From contig NW_003314364.1 in the NCBI RefSeq assembly GCF_000143415.4, forward strand, positions 124,001 through 188,000: 64,000 bases of DNA, written 5' to 3'. Positions 60,401 through 64,000 of this stretch are shown piece by piece. Source of the DNA: Selaginella moellendorffii. Its lineage: Eukaryota; Plantae; Lycopodiophyta. Under the pieces are notes generated by a model. The model saw only the letters and a program-made list of their open reading frames with translations, searched no databases and was not told where the DNA came from. A program made the translations under genes and the position numbers. The first letter of the stretch is position 1, and the number at the start of each line of letters is the position of its first letter.

Positions 60401-63342
60401 TGGAGGCACAATGTTCCATTCGATTTCCTCGACGCGGTCTGCAAGAACATTAGTTAATTGCGTGGGGCCACACGCCATCAAACCTTCAGGTTCTTGTCGT
60501 GAGGTCTGCGCTGCTTGCCCTAGTCTCTTTGGAATTTGAGCTGCAAGAAGCAATGGCATGAGAATTCACGTATAACAAAAATGATTGGTACCTCTCGTCC
60601 GTTGTACTTGGCTGGTGCTTGCCTGTTTTGCATTTGAAGAAGTGTCTCCTGCAAGGAATGGCATAAGACCACACGCCATTGCAAATATAATTTGTACCTC
60701 CTTTTTTCCTATTGCTTGTCTGTTTGTCCTTCTTCGACACGCCACCAGTGCGCTTTTCAGTCCTCGTGTCTGAATATTCACAACGATCTATAATCAAAAT
60801 GGCGTGAGGCCTCACGTGACCTTACCTTGTGCAGGTTGTGAGCTCGGCCCAACATGGGTATCTTCAATAGTAGTTGTTAACGCCGTTTCAGCATCTGGGG
60901 GTGGCCACGCTCCTGCATACAGAGCTNNNNNNNNNNNNNNNNNNNNNNNNNNNNNNNNNNNNNNNNNNNNNNNNNNNNNNNNNNNNNNNNNNNNNNNNNN
61001 NNNNNNNNNNNNNNNNNNNNNNNNNNTACTCACCAGGTTCGCAGAGAAGATACTGTTTTTCTTTGGCAACTGTAATTATATGCTCCATTGAAGTCACCTC
61101 TTCAATGGAGTTTGTCACCGCAACACACGGGACACCCTTGAGTAGTGCGGCTCGAAAGAATAGTCCGCCGCAGTTGTACTCGACAACGCATTTGCCCTTG
61201 GTGTCACCCGCTATTGCGTTGAAGACCCAGCTGAGCATTTCCCATGCTGCACCTGGAGCTTTCTTTGGATTCGAAAGCTCCATAGCCGTCTTCAGTTCCT
61301 TAGGCACGGGTAAATTGACCTCCCTCAGATCAATTCGATCGGCCTTGTCGAACGAAGCTGGGAAGTCACTCCAGTCCCACTCTGCTGCAGGACCAATAAC
61401 AAGGGCGAGTGTGAAGATGCGGACATTCGTCGGTATCTTCTTCTTAGCCATTATCCCATGTATCTCCCGCATCTCCTTGCCTTTCAACCGAGCCTTCACC
61501 TCGTTCAAGGCCTTCCAGAACTTGTGATAGGATTTGGAGTCGTAGATCATATAGTGGACTGAAGATTCCACCTCCGCAAGTCCCACCATTAAGTCAATGA
61601 TGGAGCTGACTTCGTCTGCATGAGTGATCTCCTCGTTTGTGAAGTCCATCACACAAAAGATGTTCTTGACCTGCTTTGACAAGGCGTTGAGCTTCAAATC
61701 ATTGGGCTTCCGGCCGTCCTCCACACCCATTGAGTTTAGCAACTCCCCGTCATGGTACCTCCTCAGCACATCTACCCATTTGTCAAAAACAACTTTTGTC
61801 GTGAGTAGAATGTTATGGATGCTGAGTGTGTCATTGACCCCCAGTGTTTTCGAGAGAAGACTCGAGAATTCCTACAATGGAAATGGCGTGAGGCCACATG
61901 CTATGCCACATGCAACGAGGCTTACCTACCAGGCGCTAGTTGCTAGTGCACGTCCTTGTCCTGGTTTTTGTGGCTTCTTCAGTTGAACCCAGAGCTTCCG
62001 TGTTCGTCCCAATGTCTCGTGCAGACCTGATTTGTACCACGTTTCTTGCTTGACATTCTGTGCGTGGGAGATGTATATGATAGATCGGAGGGGCGAGTTG
62101 CCTTTTATCAGGCGGACAACTCTTGTCTTGAAGACTTTCTTCACCTCCTCGCCCACCATAATATCCACAACTATCTCTTGCATCACCAAGCTAGAATGCT
62201 GCCCAGAGACGGCATAGAACCGGATGTTCTGATCGTCCAACACCTTCCTATTGATCAAGTCTGGAAACCTCGTCTCGCCCTTCATTGTTCGGTAGTAGGG
62301 GATCACGTCTGCGATGTCGGGTGTTACTGGACTTGCCAGCATCTTCTGCTTCAGTTTCTCCACCCACTCATCAGATACTAGCCTGTGGTTGTATTTGCTT
62401 TGGATGTCAATGTGGCTCACATCGATTGTATATACTTTGTTGGAATAGTAACAAGTACTATTATCTGCGACGATTTTTGCTGCCTCTTCTTGCTCTTTCT
62501 GCTCTTTGCAGCTCTTCTTTTTGGTGGGTGTAGTGTTCGAACCTGAGGCAATGGCATCACCCAGTAGCTTCTTTTTTGGAGCAGGAGAGTCGGACGTCGG
62601 CTTGAGCTTGACCACCCTTTTCTGCTTCGGGGTAGTTTCCAGATCGACCCCCTTCCCCTTCGCTTCGCAAACTGGAGTCACTCTCAACGGCTCAATGTTG
62701 GAATATAGTTTTTGAACATCGCCGTAGGTGAGGTGGATTCCATGTGATCTTCATAGACCTGCAGCGTCTTTGAAATTGTGGGCCTCCTGGACAACCTCTC
62801 CCTAGTTCCCTCTAGGAATTCCTCATAGCCGCTGCCCCCCTCCGGGAAGCCGCTAGGATGTGCAAGGTGGATCTTGAAGGCGGACGCTGTCTCTACCACA
62901 AGTGCCAGTCCATATTCTTGCATGGAACTACATGGAGTGTCTGTCACTTGGATGAGGATCCCCATGCATTCTTTTCTCCCACCATCTGTGTTGTACAGCC
63001 TCAGATCCTCGCCTTCCATCCCGAAAGTTCAACTGGTGAGCTCCTCCCCCTTCTCTACATCCACATTGACAGTGGCTGGAAGAAGAACGCAATTCCTCGC
63101 CTGTTTAGAAATGCACAACAATTAGAGCTGACAGATGAAAAGCTAGCAGCTGGAAATAACGTGAGGCCACATGCCATTCACCACTGCATCAGATGTCTTG
63201 AGGCTGCATCCTAAGATGGCATGAGGCTATATGCCATCTGTAACTGGACTGCACTCGAGAGCCCAATCGGTGCATGCCAATGTTGCTACTGAATGGCATG
63301 TGGCCTCATGCCATTTTCTACTTGGCCTAAAAGACTTACCAT
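57438..63342 (-). pseudogene. Cargo gene, copy 3 (retains the ParB-like core FYAVSGQHS and an extra exon block)
   Basis: ORF 61926-62687 plus the same exon-intron pattern as copy 1; contains stops, a frameshift and an in-frame deletion. Confidence 0.75.
60927..61026. other. Assembly gap (100 N; comparison with copy 2 suggests only ~29 bp are missing)
   Basis: The flanks match ~45791 and ~45821. Confidence 0.85.
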
Positions 63343-64000
63343 TTGAAGCCGAATGGAGGCGTGACAATCGAGGCCGGACTCGCTGGCGAATGTGCACTGT
63401 GTGTGCAGCGGATCGTAGCAGCAAGGCTACTCTGCCACTTACAGTTGGAGAGTGGCGCTGAAATCTCCCGGGACGCCAAGTGGGCTGCGTGTGGGTGGCG
63501 GAGTGGGTGGCAGAGTTGGCGGCGAAGTTACAAACTGGGTGTGTCTTGAAGTGGACGCCGATGCACACGAGCGCGATGCGAGCGCGACTGTGATGCAAGC
63601 GCGAGTGGACGCTGATGCACACGAGAAACCTGTAAAGAAGGTAGATGAGCGCAAATGTGAGCGTGATCGCGAGTGGGAGCGCGATGCGAGCGCGAGTGTG
63701 CGAGCGCAAGTACGAAGCAAAATGCAAAACCTAACCTCACACACGCGAAATGTCACGACGGTTGGTAATCCCGCAACGTCATCATTCCTCGGACTTGGGC
63801 GCCACCATTAATTTCTGGATCGCCGCACGCATGCATGACGTGAAATCCAAAAGAAATCCGCAACGTCATCATTCCTCGGACTGCATGCACGCGAAATCCA
63901 AAAGAAAGATCATGATTGGGATATCATTTAATACCCTCGCTATATTTATACCATGCATGATTGGATATTCTAAAGCATCTTGTATTTCCAAAAATGCCAG

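Larger units (their letters stand above)
56987..64000. mobile_element. Sola-like DNA transposon, copy 3 (continues beyond the window)
   Basis: TIR AAGCTTTATTTCGTTAAAGTGGGA at 56987; colinear with 26242 down to ~19760. Confidence 0.92.

Overview
This window is a nest of transposable elements from a land plant, with no ordinary host gene. The TTTAGGG repeats, plant-type 5S sequences and tiny 47-57 nt introns suggest a non-seed plant such as a lycophyte (inference). The key object is a large (~14-15 kb) cut-and-paste DNA transposon present three times: 11317-26242, 42897-52081 and 56987 to beyond the window end. It has 24-bp TIRs, 4-bp TSDs and a Sola-like DDD transposase (DKMDQ...DN...GHTHEDVD). 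Divergent from the transposase it carries a multi-exon cargo gene predicted to join a ParB/Srx-like domain, a degenerate beta-class N6/N4 DNA-methyltransferase-like fold, an acidic linker and an FCP1/NIF-like HAD domain. The element contains about 25 copies of an element-specific 22-bp palindrome, ATGGCRTG-N6-CAYGCCAT, in introns, UTRs and even coding sequence. This suggests a self-recognition system (ParB/parS-like or VANC-like anti-silencing); that function is a hypothesis. Each copy sits inside a retroelement coding region. The rest of the window comprises an L1/Tx1-type LINE (one near full-length copy and two 3' fragments), two related LTR families (including solo LTRs with 5-bp TSDs), a chromodomain Ty3/gypsy element with an inverted partial copy, a Cassandra-like TRIM, a diverged 5S-like sequence and old degenerate retroelement debris. 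All domain calls were made by eye from motifs, not by database search.
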